Below, one piece after another: positions 63,501 to 64,000 of a stretch of DNA of 64,000 bases (the first letter of the stretch is position 1; each line of letters opens with the position of its first letter). The notes beneath the pieces were generated by a model that worked only from the letters and a program-made list of their open reading frames with translations, was not told the DNA's origin and searched no databases. The DNA comes from Anthoceros angustus (Eukaryota > Plantae > Anthocerotophyta): NCBI GenBank assembly GCA_010909165.1, contig VJWM01000103.1, positions 744,001 through 808,000 of the forward strand. The letters run 5' to 3'. The translations under genes were made by a program, and so were the position numbers.

Positions 63501-64000
63501 TGGAAGGCTCACATTAGGAGAGCCAGACTTCTCAAGTGATGAAAGTGTACGATTTCTTGTCTCTGATGCTGTGGGGAATGATGCCTTGTGTTGCTGATGA
63601 TCTGAATGGCCCCTGTAATTTAACAATGGACTTCACACTTAGTAGACCTTGGCGTTTTTCTGCAGCTGCCACTTCACGTGGAGCTTCTGTTGACTGTCTG
63701 CACTAAGACAAGTGAACCAGACAGCATGTATGGTGTTGTGCGCTCACATAAGGTAGAATTTGGAGAATCTCTGAAGTCAAGATGTTTAGCATAGTTAGCT
63801 GGATATTGAACTGGAAACTGGATTCCTTCGTATTTGATTTAACTGTAGTTCTATGTTGACCCTTATTTGGCTGTTGTTGACTTCCAGCTGTTATCCCAGC
63901 TCTTAATGTACGAGAATGAAGGTGACTGGAGTAAAGCTTTGGAAGGTTATGATCTGTTGCTCCGGAGCAGCAGAGCTGTCTCTGTAACCACATATTGCTC
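51588..64000 (+). CDS. ATM: Serine/threonine kinase ATM (PIKK), 5' portion; runs off the window at the start of the FAT domain
   Basis: TAN-domain start [28 protein letters not shown]|DGVKML; [15 protein letters not shown]; LLQNSPGD; DEGRVAKKL...GLNLG; [11 protein letters not shown]; [10 protein letters not shown]; [16 protein letters not shown]|[18 protein letters not shown]; [13 protein letters not shown]. No kinase domain inside the window. Confidence 0.93.
54603..55313 (-). repeat. 711-bp near-perfect copy of helicase segment 40363-41073 inserted in ATM
   Basis: Same orientation as the source. Junctions at TTGTTCGCTCAGA (left) and around CAAGGTTGAGG (right); I saw only one substitution (54616). 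Confidence 0.95.
60397..60440. repeat. Short (GTGCTY)n repeat flanked by GTGTCAGGAT duplicates, in an ATM intron
   Basis: GTGTCAGGATGTGCTCGTGCTTGTGCTTGTGCTCGTGCTTGTGTCAGGAT. Confidence 0.7.

Noticed and set aside
2901-64000. MGMT and ATM as a DNA-repair gene cluster
   Set aside because: They are ~48 kb apart with many unrelated genes between, which is expected by chance in a gene-dense genome.

Overview
Eukaryotic, intron-containing nuclear DNA from a gene-dense land plant. The short GT-AG introns, tiny intergenic gaps and GC-rich first exons suggest a compact seed-free plant such as a hornwort (inference). Left to right: (1) a co-directional minus-strand block with an unidentified spliced gene, an O6-methylguanine-DNA methyltransferase with intact PCHR site, a DUF1365 gene and an HGSNAT-like acetyltransferase; (2) another unidentified spliced gene; (3) a young Ty1/Copia element with three LTRs, produced by a 4,584-bp tandem duplication; (4) germin(+) / dirigent(+) / germin(-), then a second HGSNAT-like paralogue; (5) cyclophilin (PPIH/CYP22 type) and a divergent SOUL haem-binding gene; (6) Copia relics; (7) a DHX57/Ucp12-type DExH helicase with an N-terminal C2H2 finger, and a divergent cytosolic glycerol-3-phosphate dehydrogenase (GPDH); (8) the 5' ~12.4 kb of ATM. 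Several near-identical local duplications or insertions join at 9-15 nt microhomologies and look like assembly artefacts; frequent 1-2 nt indels point to noisy long-read consensus. One older (~85% identical) chimeric insertion of promoter plus helicase fragment looks genuine. No rRNA, tRNA or CRISPR array was recognised. All identifications are by eye from remembered family motifs; no database search was run, and exon limits are approximate unless stated.
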